Origin: a virus
Lineage: Duplodnaviria > Caudoviricetes
Direction: 5' to 3' (one strand)
IMG/VR virus record: IMGVR_UViG_3300033273_000571
Location: 1-63,721 of that record
DNA: 63,721 bases
Shown piece after piece: positions 47,949 to 57,820 of this stretch; positions within the stretch are counted from its first letter, which is position 1; each line of letters begins with the position of its first letter. Both the position numbers and the translations under genes were made by a program. The notes under the pieces are model-generated. The model was not told the DNA's origin, searched no databases, and was given only the letters and a program-made list of their open reading frames with translations.

Positions 47949-47974
47949 TAATTAATTGCCTCGTGTAAAGGGGT

Positions 47975-48003
47975 ATTATACACTAAGTTACATAATTCGT
48001 AAA
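47975..48003 (-). promoter_or_regulatory. early/middle promoter (nrdA)
   Basis: TTTACG-N17-TATAAT. Confidence 0.65.
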
Positions 48004-48006
48004 CTA

Positions 48007-48414
48007 CTAATTACTATTTTGCTTTTGTTGAGCTTCTGGTTGGACCGCTTCTTCGTAGTAGATTATGATTTCAGTTTGTTGGTTTATATATCTTCTTAGT
48101 TCACTGATATTCAAAGCAAGGTTTTCGTAATCACGCATTGATAAAGCAACGAATGCTACTTCACCGTGGAGCTCAGAAAACTCTTTTATGAATTCATCTA
48201 GATTATCTTTTGTAACGACGTAAACTTTAGTATCAGTTAACTGTACTGGTTTCGGCCGAGACACCGTCGGTATTACTGTTTTCTCCACCTTTGTCACTAC
48301 TTTGACTTCCGGTTCCGGTGCCGGCATTAGGCTGCAGCCACTCAGGGAGATTAGGGTCAGGAGTACCACCAGTATCGGCAATGATCGAACGCCATAGTTT
48401 TGCTGTTGCACCAT
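48007..48414 (-). CDS. o-spanin (Rz1-like lipoprotein); true start probably ~48390
   Basis: lipobox LSGC followed by Pro-rich segment; overlaps the i-spanin. Confidence 0.65.
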   Translation of the reverse strand: MVQQQNYGVRSLPILVVLLTLISLSGCSLMPAPEPEVKVVTKVEKTVIPTVSRPKPVQLTDTKVYVVTKDNLDEFIKEFSELHGEVAFVALSMRDYENLALNISELRRYINQQTEIIIYYEEAVQPEAQQKQNSN

Positions 48415-48739
48415 TCATCTTACCTTCTAGTTTCATAGCATCTTTAATTGCATCTTGTACTAGATCTAATTGTCTTAATTTATTTCTTAGATCATCACCA
48501 TAAGCTTCAGCTTTCCGCAATCTTGCAGAAAGATCTTTCATTAATTCTTGGTTACGTGCCATTTCATCTTTCATTGTATTCATACTTTGTTCGGCAGTTT
48601 CAACAGCAACTTCTAGTTTGGCATTATTTTCTCTGAGGGTGGCAAGTCTTTGTTGTGTATCTTTATAATACCACATGGCTCCGTAACCAACAGAGCCTAA
48701 GACGGCCAAAACTATAAGCATTAAATAAATTCGGATCAT
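48233..48739 (-). CDS. i-spanin (Rz-like)
   Basis: N-terminal TM plus long coiled coil. Confidence 0.65.
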   Translation of the reverse strand: MIRIYLMLIVLAVLGSVGYGAMWYYKDTQQRLATLRENNAKLEVAVETAEQSMNTMKDEMARNQELMKDLSARLRKAEAYGDDLRNKLRQLDLVQDAIKDAMKLEGKMNGATAKLWRSIIADTGGTPDPNLPEWLQPNAGTGTGSQSSDKGGENSNTDGVSAETSTVN

Positions 48740-49014
48740 TGTTTTTCTTCGACGTACTTTCTAAATCTTTTCAATAGAGTCGGAACCTGATCTTTTCTAC
48801 GACGACGATCAGTGACATGAGTAGTCTTGAGGCGTGGACCCATTGCAGTTTGCGCTGGGTTGGGGATGGATGCTGTAGTAGTCATCTCTTCTTTTTGTGC
48901 TGAACGAATAGCGTCAGGTGTTGGTGCACCTTTCTCGCCTTTCTTTCTCATCTTTTCACCACGACGTCTTTTAGCGTGGATATTAGCCCAAAGGCCTTGT
49001 GATTTTTCGTTCAT
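48736..49014 (-). CDS. basic hypothetical protein (putative internal head protein)
   Basis: GLWANIHAKR...KGAPT module. Confidence 0.65.
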   Translation of the reverse strand: MNEKSQGLWANIHAKRRRGEKMRKKGEKGAPTPDAIRSAQKEEMTTTASIPNPAQTAMGPRLKTTHVTDRRRRKDQVPTLLKRFRKYVEEKQ

Positions 49015-49598
49015 TTGTAAATCTCGTTAACGCTGATGTACACTTTCTTGCGTGTGCGAATATGTTCTGCCTCGTATATATCTATACCGAACACATCTCC
49101 CACCGGATAACATTCTTCACTAATTCGTATTTGATCTTTAGCATTTACGATATCATCATATGTTCCATTCAGGACTTTATCTTCAGATAATTTGTATATA
49201 CCTGGAGATAACATTTTATCTTGAAGAACAAACCATTCATTTTGCTCAACTAAAAAATCAAATGGTTCAAAACCAAATTCTTCGATAATTTTAGTTAATT
49301 GTTTTTCAGATAGATTATTATCTTCTTTGATTAGATAGAGTGCTGCAGCGAAACTTCCCAGCTTCGTGCCTCCACCTGGAATCTTGGAGAGCAACCGCTT
49401 AACATTGGCAGCAAGACGAATAAAAGGAGTATAAGCTGATTTCTTTTCATCTGTATCGATTGAAGCATTCTTGATTCGTTTACCTTTATCATCGATGATT
49501 CCTAATTTATAAGCATCCCAGCTTTTCCAATCCATTACTAGCATACGAATAAATCTAAATGTAAACGCTAAGTCAGCAGCTCTTTTTACAATTCCCAT
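49011..49598 (-). CDS. hypothetical protein conserved in T4-like phages
   Basis: AYKLGIID.KG, FAAALYLIKE. Confidence 0.75.
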   Translation of the reverse strand: MGIVKRAADLAFTFRFIRMLVMDWKSWDAYKLGIIDDKGKRIKNASIDTDEKKSAYTPFIRLAANVKRLLSKIPGGGTKLGSFAAALYLIKEDNNLSEKQLTKIIEEFGFEPFDFLVEQNEWFVLQDKMLSPGIYKLSEDKVLNGTYDDIVNAKDQIRISEECYPVGDVFGIDIYEAEHIRTRKKVYISVNEIYK

Positions 49599-49966
49599 TA
49601 AATCTGTCTCAATCTTTCTACCACGAGTTTATCCATCTCAATTTCAGTATATTGTTCATTTGTAATATACTGAAGAAAAATAAGAAATGGTTTTATTACT
49701 GGCCAATGCCTATCATCTAATTTTAGGTTTAATATATTTAAACCTGCTTCTATTCCAAATACGTTAAACACTACGATCAGATGATTCAATATAAGTCTTT
49801 CTGCTAGATCATCGTTATCTAGGTAACGATTCACAAGTCTTTTAATATACTTGAATCGTTTTAAGTCTTCATGAAATTCATCTACATCCGAGAACGTCGG
49901 ATTATCGTAGTGTTTGGCTGCGTATAGAAATAAATTGTCTTCAGTTAACTCATTAAATATAAGCAT
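49598..49966 (-). CDS. hypothetical protein conserved in T4-like phages
   Basis: YAAKHYDNP, EDLKRFKYIKRL, ERLILNH. Confidence 0.8.
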   Translation of the reverse strand: MLIFNELTEDNLFLYAAKHYDNPTFSDVDEFHEDLKRFKYIKRLVNRYLDNDDLAERLILNHLIVVFNVFGIEAGLNILNLKLDDRHWPVIKPFLIFLQYITNEQYTEIEMDKLVVERLRQI

Positions 49967-50003
49967 TATAGTACCATAAAAAATATTACAGTACTATATA
50001 TCT

Positions 50004-50276
50004 TTATCGCTTAAAGATCCTTGAGAAGAGTCCTGGCTTTGCTTCCGAAGGAACTGACTCAGTCTCCTCCTCTGCAATAACTTCTTCTTTCTCAACTTCA
50101 ACTGTTTCACCACCATAAACTACATCCGCTACTTGTTCCATTACTGGAGCAGGTTCTTCTTTACCATACCACTCATCGATTTGTGCCTGAGTGATGCGCT
50201 GTGCCTTGAGTAGTTCACCTTTTGGTGATACCCAGCCTTTAAGGGTTGGGATTGCGTTCTTAGGACCTTTAATCAT
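50004..50276 (-). CDS. hypothetical protein
   Basis: AGGAG SD; 90 aa. Confidence 0.65.
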   Translation of the reverse strand: MIKGPKNAIPTLKGWVSPKGELLKAQRITQAQIDEWYGKEEPAPVMEQVADVVYGGETVEVEKEEVIAEEETESVPSEAKPGLFSRIFKR

Positions 50277-50285
50277 GATTGCTCC

Positions 50286-51296
50286 TTACTTACAGTATTG
50301 CGCGTATAATGATTCAAATTGTTCTTTTGAACAGCCATACTTTTCGTGAACTTTATTATACATTTCATTCTTAGCACAATTAGATGCATATAGCTTTTTC
50401 ATTTCGCGAACACACGCACCTTCGTCCATTTCATACATTGACTGATATGATGCTGCAATTGAATGAACTTCTTTCGAGAATGATTCCTTCACACCACCTT
50501 TCTTAGTAACATCTTCTGGTGGATTAATCACTGACTTATCACCAGGAGCATCTTTATCTGTAGAGTTCTTTGGAGAAGTTTTTGTTACACGACCTGCTTT
50601 TGATGCATCATCATGTCCTTTTTCTTCTGTATCATCATACTCGGCACCATTTTCAAGATCAGCTTTCATTTGCTTAGCGCCAGCACCTTTCAATGCATCT
50701 TCTGGCTTTTCAGCCTTGTCTTGATTAGGACTATGCTTTTCTTCTAAAACAGCAAGTAGTTTATCTCTGATTGACATATCAGTAGACTCCTTTTTAACAA
50801 TTTCTTTATCAACTGGTACCATACGAACTTTTGTTTTTCCGTCAGGACCAACATACTTTTCAGGCTTTTTGTCTGCCGACTTAACTGATTCAGTAGTAAC
50901 TTTATTTTCAGACTTAGGATTCATGACTGCAGTTTCGCCATTATTCTGAGTTGGATCGTCTTCGCCTTTCTTTTTCTTTTTAGCTTTTAAAACAACGTCA
51001 TCTTTTTGCATTTCAACGTCTTCATGGAAACCTTTACCGTCGCAATGATCGCATCCCTTACCTTCACACTGTGGACATTCAGTCTTATCTGCAATTGCTT
51101 TTGCAGTATCTTTCTTCATAGTGACAGGATACTTCTTACCACCAAAAGTAAAGTGTGATTTGCCAGACTTATGCGCCGCGGCTGCAGCACCATGGAAAGC
51201 AGTACGCTCATTTGCTGGTACTTCTTCAGGGATTACAAATCGTCCCTCTGTGACCTCTTGATAAGCGCGGGTCAACGCTTCTAGTGTTTTATCCAT
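50286..51296 (-). CDS. charged modular protein with CxxCxGxG zinc motif (putative head-processed polyprotein)
   Basis: CPQCEGKGCDHCDGKG; Glu-ending linkers. Confidence 0.7.
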   Translation of the reverse strand: MDKTLEALTRAYQEVTEGRFVIPEEVPANERTAFHGAAAAAHKSGKSHFTFGGKKYPVTMKKDTAKAIADKTECPQCEGKGCDHCDGKGFHEDVEMQKDDVVLKAKKKKKGEDDPTQNNGETAVMNPKSENKVTTESVKSADKKPEKYVGPDGKTKVRMVPVDKEIVKKESTDMSIRDKLLAVLEEKHSPNQDKAEKPEDALKGAGAKQMKADLENGAEYDDTEEKGHDDASKAGRVTKTSPKNSTDKDAPGDKSVINPPEDVTKKGGVKESFSKEVHSIAASYQSMYEMDEGACVREMKKLYASNCAKNEMYNKVHEKYGCSKEQFESLYAQYCK

Positions 51297-51580
51297 TAGG
51301 ATGCTCCTATTATTTGTACTACAATTGACCCGATAACGGCCACCGTTATTACCCAGAATAATTTATTTATTACTCCAATAGTTTGCTTGCACGTGTGTAC
51401 ATCGTCAGAAATACCATCTAGTTTTTCTGAATGCCTGTTTAAACGTTCAAACATATTATTTTGATCTTGCTGAAGATTTGCGATCTTTTCTTCTGCACGA
51501 GCCATAGCGACCATTGCTTCTGTGAGCTGGTCGAGTTTATTCTCGATTCTATCTAGTCTGCTATTTGTGTTTTCGGCCAT
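51296..51580 (-). CDS. coiled-coil protein with C-terminal TM
   Basis: RLDRIENKLDQL...ARAEEKI. Confidence 0.7.
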   Translation of the reverse strand: MAENTNSRLDRIENKLDQLTEAMVAMARAEEKIANLQQDQNNMFERLNRHSEKLDGISDDVHTCKQTIGVINKLFWVITVAVIGSIVVQIIGAS

Positions 51581-51897
51581 TACCATTTAACCTTGTCTGC
51601 CCAATATGCAGCGGACATTTTGCCCTTTGCAATGTTTTTACCATGGCGTGCTTTAAATGATGCACGCTTCTTCTTCATTCTTTCTGATTCACCTTTTTTA
51701 GGATCACCAGCAGTTTCAGCACCTTGCTGTCCAAAGCGAATAGTCTTAACTTTATCGCCTGATTTAGCAACAACGATGTGACTCTTTGTAGGATGACTTG
51801 GAGTACGCTTTGCTTTATTAAAGCCACTTACACCAGCACGTGCAAGACGTGGATCCTTTTCTTCAAAGAACTTTTTAAACTTAACCACCGAACTCAT
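51580..51897 (-). CDS. basic protein (DUF6321-like), putative internal head protein
   Basis: KFKKFFEE leader; IRFGQQG, RASFKARH, SAAYWA. Confidence 0.75.
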   Translation of the reverse strand: MSSVVKFKKFFEEKDPRLARAGVSGFNKAKRTPSHPTKSHIVVAKSGDKVKTIRFGQQGAETAGDPKKGESERMKKKRASFKARHGKNIAKGKMSAAYWADKVKW

Positions 51898-52309
51898 GGC
51901 CAGCTACCCTTCTCATTTGTTTGTTAAACTCTGCCTGCGAAGGCTTTTCTTTATATAACTTAATAGAAATCTCAGGACGATCTTTGCCTTTGATTCTCCA
52001 GTTATATCTTTTTTCCTTATGCTCAGGCTTTGTAGTTTTGACTACACGTCTCTTGTAACCAGCTTCCCAAGTCTCAGATCCTTCATCAACCCGACCTTGT
52101 GCACGATCACGATATGTCTTTTTAACATCATGATCAGTTTGTCTTTCGACACTCTTGATCATTGAAGGCTGCTTTACAATCTTACGTAACTTAGCGAGGA
52201 TCTCACCTGTAGATCTACCAGTCATAAAGGTTGGTGGCAATCCTTCAACGTCAACTTTGAATTGCATCTTCTCGCCAAGTTGTTTTCTTAGGTGTCTAAA
52301 CTTTTTCAT
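51881..52309 (-). CDS. putative internal head protein
   Basis: MKKFRHLRKQLGE leader. Confidence 0.7.
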   Translation of the reverse strand: MKKFRHLRKQLGEKMQFKVDVEGLPPTFMTGRSTGEILAKLRKIVKQPSMIKSVERQTDHDVKKTYRDRAQGRVDEGSETWEAGYKRRVVKTTKPEHKEKRYNWRIKGKDRPEISIKLYKEKPSQAEFNKQMRRVAGHEFGG

Positions 52310-53667
52310 TTTGGAAGTTTTTTACCACGGTTTCTACTTGCTGTTCCGACTGCTTGTGATGCATCAGATGCTGACATACCTTTCTTACGAGCTTTCTTAA
52401 ATGCTCTTTCAGGTGGTACTGCACTCAACGCATAACCTTTCTTAGCAGCATTTGGATCATTCTTTTTATTCATTGCATCACGATCAGCTGCACGCTTCTT
52501 CATATAAGCTTGAACTGCAGGTGATTTTGATGTAGCAAACTTTAAATGATCCTTAAACTTTTGATCAAACGACTTAGCTTCATTAACTGATTCCATCAAA
52601 CCATGCTTCTTAAGATACATTGATAAACGATCACGCACATCAGTATCATATCCGCCAAAACGCTTATTAATGCGATCAAGAATACGACCAGCCTGAAGAA
52701 TATTTGGTGCACGACCCATCAACTCAAGGTCTGCAGCAAAGTTCATCATATCTTTCTTATCGACTCCACCATTTTTTGCCGCATAAGCTTTAATATCTTT
52801 TGCAGCTTTAGTATATGCAGCATTTGCTTTCATTTCATCAAGCTCCATTGATTCTTTAATTTTACCATGATAGACGTTTGTTGGAAACTTCATCTTATAC
52901 ATGACACGCAAGATATCTCTTTGATTACCATTCAAAACACATGATTTGCCTTGCTTTTTACAATTGACGTTATTATCTTTACATACAGACATCATCCGCT
53001 TTGCAGTTGCAGGATCACACATAATTGATAAAGTTGCTTCTTCAAGTTCAACTGATTCTCTTGTTGCCTTTGTAATACCAGCCATACGATTTCTTTGCTT
53101 ACGTCTATGATACTTCTCAGCATCTTTAGCACCCATTTCTCTTGCAATATCTGCAGAGAATTGTTGATGGCCGTAATCAGACTTTGCTTTATCAGTATAA
53201 CGTTTCTTCAGGTCTTGTGAGATCTCATTTGTGGGTTTAAGCGCTGCACGAGCTGCTGGATTACCCATATTACCTTTAGCAGCATCTGGACCAAATCCTT
53301 TTAGTTTTACTTTATTATCTTGCTTAGCAAGTCTTCTTCTCCGTGCAGCATTCCGAGCATCGTCATCCTTATTAGGATTTCCGTGATAGGTCACAGCTTC
53401 ATTCTTTTGTGCATCACGAGCTTTCTTAGCTAGTTGCTTTGCACGAGACATAGCTGTTGTTTTACTACCGTCACTGTTCTTTGCATCAGGCTTAGGTGGA
53501 TCAGGTGTAAATGGAGGATTATCCGTTGCCTCATTTTTAGCAGACATATAAGCAGCAATCGCCATTTCGCGACGCTCTTTATCTGACTTACCCTTAAACT
53601 GTGGAGCATCAGACTTTTTGAAGTCATCGATCCACGCTGACATTCCGTCTTTAACTGATAATGGCAT
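52306..53667 (-). CDS. putative polyprotein of small basic modules
   Basis: SDAPQFKGKS module then units separated by KNEA/TNEI/LEEA/LDEM/VNEA. Confidence 0.7.
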   Translation of the reverse strand: MPLSVKDGMSAWIDDFKKSDAPQFKGKSDKERREMAIAAYMSAKNEATDNPPFTPDPPKPDAKNSDGSKTTAMSRAKQLAKKARDAQKNEAVTYHGNPNKDDDARNAARRRRLAKQDNKVKLKGFGPDAAKGNMGNPAARAALKPTNEISQDLKKRYTDKAKSDYGHQQFSADIAREMGAKDAEKYHRRKQRNRMAGITKATRESVELEEATLSIMCDPATAKRMMSVCKDNNVNCKKQGKSCVLNGNQRDILRVMYKMKFPTNVYHGKIKESMELDEMKANAAYTKAAKDIKAYAAKNGGVDKKDMMNFAADLELMGRAPNILQAGRILDRINKRFGGYDTDVRDRLSMYLKKHGLMESVNEAKSFDQKFKDHLKFATSKSPAVQAYMKKRAADRDAMNKKNDPNAAKKGYALSAVPPERAFKKARKKGMSASDASQAVGTASRNRGKKLPK

Positions 53668-53909
53668 TATGCTAGATCCTTATCGTGGTTTAGACCACCT
53701 TTCTTCTTTTTAACAATAAACGCATTGACTCTTGCGTGACCCCATTGTGATGGAGTCGTTCCAGGTCTATGTCCTGTTTTCCAAGCTGCAACACCGCGGT
53801 TGTAAACTTTACGAAGCGTTCCAACAGAAATTCCTGATTTTGCTGCTTTATCAGCAAGTGACTTGCCAGCTTTATCAGCCTCTTGTAAGTAATGAGTAAA
53901 TTTAATCAA
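53667..53909 (-). CDS. basic protein (DUF5824-like), TTG start
   Basis: MIKFTHYLQEA leader; LRKVYNRG.AAW..GHRPG.TP.QW..ARVNAF. Confidence 0.7.
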   Translation of the reverse strand: MIKFTHYLQEADKAGKSLADKAAKSGISVGTLRKVYNRGVAAWKTGHRPGTTPSQWGHARVNAFIVKKKKGGLNHDKDLA

Positions 53910-55143
53910 CTGACTTCGTCCTTCTGTTAATCTTACGGGTACGTGCAGCGCGTGCACGATCCATCATAGAATCGTGGCGTTTTTTATCTGCTGCATCTCT
54001 TCTTCTCTCTACTTCTCTTTCACGTGAAATTCTGTCACGAACTTGGTCGATGGTATTTTCACCATACATGTCTTTGAAAGCTTTTGTGTATTTACTTGGC
54101 TTGGGTTTGGCACCTTTATCGCCTGGAGCTGGCTTATAGGCTGATGGATCATCATCACGCTTTTTACCATGCTTTTTAAAATGTGCATCTCTTTTTGTTT
54201 TAGTTGACTTAGCCAAGCCTTTATGGTATGCTGCTGGTTGAGAACCTTTACGATCTTTAATATCTTGATCTTGTGGAGTTGCTTGCTCGCTTAATGACAT
54301 AGAGAACGGTGCTATATCATATTCCACAACTTTCTCAACAGCATCAAGCCATTTACGATATTGATTACCAGAACCTTCGATAATTACATAGTTAGATCCA
54401 AGTGATTTAACAGTTGCAATCTCACCTGATTCTTTTACAACAACAGTATCACCTTCTTTGAAAAGTTCACCATTGACATATGATTCTCTAATTTCTGATA
54501 CAGGTTGTAATTGAATATGTTTTGTGGTCTCTTTTGCTTCTTTGAGACCCATACCTTTACGAACCATGTTATAAATTGATTTTGTATCAGCATTTGATAC
54601 ATGCTTTGGAATGCCTTGACTGAATTGCGTAAAGTCTCCTGATGAAGCTGCAGCACGCATCTTTGATGCAGACATACCTTCTACACCCTCAGCATCTGGA
54701 TCTCTTTCACCAGCTGAAACAACAGTGATTTTGCTGAAGTTATAAAGTCCGTGACGTCCTTTCTGACCATTATACTTGTTCAATAATGTGTCAAACTCAC
54801 GAACTCTATCTGAACCTACAACCATAACTAGGTTCATGTATCCTTCTTTAAATAATTCAGATGCTGCATGCATTGCAGTCTTGACATTTGTATTCATCAT
54901 AACTGAACGTGCATGCTTTGGAAACATCTTGCGAATTACTTTGACTTTGCTTTTATAGTCAAGCGGATTCTTTTTAGCATCTTGCGATTGAGATACAAAA
55001 ATTCTGTATGGATTTTTACCAGCCTTTGATGATAGTGCATTAAAGAGTTTTTCATGACCAGTAGTCGGAGGGTTCATTCTACCAAAAGTAAAATAAACTG
55101 TTTTCTCTTCTTCAACTAAAAAATTCTTAAATGAATTAATCAC
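53902..55143 (-). CDS. cytidylyltransferase-like (HxGH-type) nucleotidyltransferase with basic C-terminal modules
   Basis: FTFGRMNPPTTGHEKL, KNPL, VVGSDR, SAGERDPD, MSASKMR. Confidence 0.85.
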   Translation of the reverse strand: MINSFKNFLVEEEKTVYFTFGRMNPPTTGHEKLFNALSSKAGKNPYRIFVSQSQDAKKNPLDYKSKVKVIRKMFPKHARSVMMNTNVKTAMHAASELFKEGYMNLVMVVGSDRVREFDTLLNKYNGQKGRHGLYNFSKITVVSAGERDPDAEGVEGMSASKMRAAASSGDFTQFSQGIPKHVSNADTKSIYNMVRKGMGLKEAKETTKHIQLQPVSEIRESYVNGELFKEGDTVVVKESGEIATVKSLGSNYVIIEGSGNQYRKWLDAVEKVVEYDIAPFSMSLSEQATPQDQDIKDRKGSQPAAYHKGLAKSTKTKRDAHFKKHGKKRDDDPSAYKPAPGDKGAKPKPSKYTKAFKDMYGENTIDQVRDRISREREVERRRDAADKKRHDSMMDRARAARTRKINRRTKSVD

Positions 55144-55817
55144 CGCTTGCCACCTCTTTTCTTGGCAAGTTCAGCTTGGCGTTCTTTTGGAAACATCTTA
55201 CGAGCAATCATAGCAATTCTCTTTTTAATTGCAGGCTTATCAAGACGTTTTTCAATTTCTTGACGGCGCGCATATGTCAATTCACCTTTAGGCACATCTT
55301 TAGTAAGTTTCTTGAACATAGCCATGCGAGCTTTCTTCATCGAACGCTTTTGTAATTTTTCTTTTGAAGCAATACGACGCTTAGCAATCTCACGACCACG
55401 CTTAATCTTTGGTTGAATTCTTTTGAACATACGCTTACGAGCTAAGCGTTGTTGTACAGTAAGAGCTTCATCAACTTCAGTATCTTCGGCAAGATCCTTT
55501 GGAGTCACACGATACTTTTGCATCGCAGTGATTTTGTCCATGCCTCTTCCAATTGCTGCTTTTGCTTTGCGAACACGATCACGCGTGTCACCAATTGAAT
55601 CAAAGAAACCTTCGTGTTGAGTAGATTCTGAATAAGTTGCTGTATCACTACCTACATCTCCGACTCTACGTCTTCTATAGGCACGATAATTTGTGAGCTC
55701 GTCTTCACCCGGACGATATTGAGTAGTATGTAAATCGTTAAATGACAAAGGACGACTGAACGAATCTTGCCCTTGCATTTCGAGTACATCTTTGAATCGC
55801 AGAAGTTTTTCTGCCAT
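55140..55817 (-). CDS. basic hypothetical protein (putative internal head protein)
   Basis: LRFKDVLE leader; DEALTVQQRL module. Confidence 0.7.
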   Translation of the reverse strand: MAEKLLRFKDVLEMQGQDSFSRPLSFNDLHTTQYRPGEDELTNYRAYRRRRVGDVGSDTATYSESTQHEGFFDSIGDTRDRVRKAKAAIGRGMDKITAMQKYRVTPKDLAEDTEVDEALTVQQRLARKRMFKRIQPKIKRGREIAKRRIASKEKLQKRSMKKARMAMFKKLTKDVPKGELTYARRQEIEKRLDKPAIKKRIAMIARKMFPKERQAELAKKRGGKR

Positions 55818-55847
55818 TTTTATTCTCCTGGTTTTCCCATCTATAAA

Positions 55848-57077
55848 CTAAGATCGACGAGCAGTCTGCCAACCTTTCAAAATCTCTGGGCTAAAGTTGG
55901 CGTATGAAAATTCCATACGATCAACAATCTTAACCGCGTCACCACCAAGTGTATCGATAGCTACAAAGCCTTCCGATCCTGTGGTTTGATAACCGTTTGT
56001 TGTATGCTTAAGAAATGTCTTAATTTTATTGAAACGGTCTAATATATTTATCAGTTTTAATTTCGCCAGAATGATAACTTTTTGCAAATCGAACATCTTT
56101 TTTAGTGATGCTTTATTTGCTGGCGAGAAAAACTGCAAGAGATCATCTAAAGCTTTTCTTTGAGCTGCTTTACCCTTTTCGGTAGTTCTCTTGTCTATTT
56201 CTTTTTGGTATTTATTCTTGATCCAGGCAATGAGTTTTCTCGTGTGCGCTGCAGTATCATTAACAACTGTGCCTGCTCGTACGTAGGAGTTGTTAAATTG
56301 CTCAATATGTTTTGCAAGCTGCTGATTAGATTCGAGCTGTCTAAGTGTTGAACCTGAGATTTGGTTAAACAGTTTCCCGGCTTGTGTAAGATATTCATTG
56401 ACTTCCTCCGTGTCCTTTTTGGACATCGTGTAATTCGTCATATCTCTTAACATAGCGTCTTGTGACCATACATTCTTGGTCTTTTTAAATTTACTTACAT
56501 CAACTCCGTAAGACGCTTTCATAGTTTCAAACGAATTACCAGTATAAGTTGTATGCCAAACTATTCCTATTTTGGCTTGTTTAATGTCTTTCGCCATTTG
56601 CGTATTTGTCGGTACTGCATAGACAATCGTGTTAGGATGGAAAGTAATGTAGGATGATCCTTTGATTTTCTGAGTTTTAAGATCAGTGCTTGAGAAAAGA
56701 AAATCCCCTTGAACCACACCTCGTATCCCAAGAGACGGCAAGTGAGCAAGAGCTTGTTTAAGTTTAATCGCAAGGTCGCCACTAGTGTCTGCATCAATAT
56801 CTTCATCTGTCTTATAAACCTTTGGACTCTTGTTAAAGATCCCTTTCTTTGCTACAAAAAATTTGCCATCACGAGGATCGGTACCAGCAAAAATAGCAGG
56901 AGCTCCATCCCATTTAACAGATACTTTCCCATCATGTTCTCCAGCAAATGTGTCTCTTAATGATTTTAAAGCAACGATTGCTTCTCGTGTACCTTTGACT
57001 CCACCATAAAGAACTTTATCTTCAATGTGAGTCATATGAGTATTCTTTTGCTCTGTAATAAATTCTTTAAACAGCAT
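55848..57077 (-). CDS. ligase-superfamily nucleotidyltransferase-like protein (DUF6267-like)
   Basis: KNTHMTHIED; KWDG, QGDFLF, EGFVA, VKIVDR resemble ligase motifs I/III/IV/V. Confidence 0.65.
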   Translation of the reverse strand: MLFKEFITEQKNTHMTHIEDKVLYGGVKGTREAIVALKSLRDTFAGEHDGKVSVKWDGAPAIFAGTDPRDGKFFVAKKGIFNKSPKVYKTDEDIDADTSGDLAIKLKQALAHLPSLGIRGVVQGDFLFSSTDLKTQKIKGSSYITFHPNTIVYAVPTNTQMAKDIKQAKIGIVWHTTYTGNSFETMKASYGVDVSKFKKTKNVWSQDAMLRDMTNYTMSKKDTEEVNEYLTQAGKLFNQISGSTLRQLESNQQLAKHIEQFNNSYVRAGTVVNDTAAHTRKLIAWIKNKYQKEIDKRTTEKGKAAQRKALDDLLQFFSPANKASLKKMFDLQKVIILAKLKLINILDRFNKIKTFLKHTTNGYQTTGSEGFVAIDTLGGDAVKIVDRMEFSYANFSPEILKGWQTARRS

Positions 57078-57820
57078 TATTTTTCCACCAGTATTAGATC
57101 GAATGTTCCACCAATCGAAACATTTCCACTGTTAAGATTTTTTGCTTGCATTTCAATATCTGTTTTCTCTTCAAATTTAAGAGGAACAGGAAAATCCACT
57201 ACTACACTATTCCTATAAACCTCGATCAGTTGTTTAACTTGAAATACAGTATCGTTGCCAAATGGTTTAGCTTTTATAGCTACCATTGCTGCTTTATTAT
57301 CTTTAGTAGAAGTTACCTGCATTCTCATAAGGAACGCATTATATCCACGTGGTACCGTATACGCTGCATGTAAAGATTGGTTATCATAATCTGGATCTAG
57401 TGTAACTTGTGTGTTACCGCCAACAGATACCGTAATAGTTCCTTGAGCTCCACCGTTTGAACCACCAGTTTCTACTCTTACTCTAAAAATTCGAATAAAA
57501 GTTTCGTCGGTAGTTACAGCTGATTGGCCACTCATTGTGACAGTCTCTGTCACTTGATCATAGTTTGCATTTAATCCTTGAACTGAAATAGTCCTTGCAC
57601 CAGTTCCACCTGCAGTATCATTAGAATTATTAGAAACAACAGAAGCCACAGCAGCGGTTGTTGGATACGTAATATTGGCACTTCCAACCTGAACAAGTTC
57701 CCATGAAGTTGGAACTGTGTCATTAAATCCAAATTTGTTGATATGAGATGTTTTTTTCACATGGCCTAGAGCAATGCTAAGATAATCGTCCTCAATATAT
57801 TTTGAACCTGAATATGCCAT
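57077..57820 (-). CDS. hypothetical beta-rich protein
   Basis: 247 aa; INKFGFN, AYTVPRG, EKTDIE. Confidence 0.7.
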   Translation of the reverse strand: MAYSGSKYIEDDYLSIALGHVKKTSHINKFGFNDTVPTSWELVQVGSANITYPTTAAVASVVSNNSNDTAGGTGARTISVQGLNANYDQVTETVTMSGQSAVTTDETFIRIFRVRVETGGSNGGAQGTITVSVGGNTQVTLDPDYDNQSLHAAYTVPRGYNAFLMRMQVTSTKDNKAAMVAIKAKPFGNDTVFQVKQLIEVYRNSVVVDFPVPLKFEEKTDIEMQAKNLNSGNVSIGGTFDLILVEK

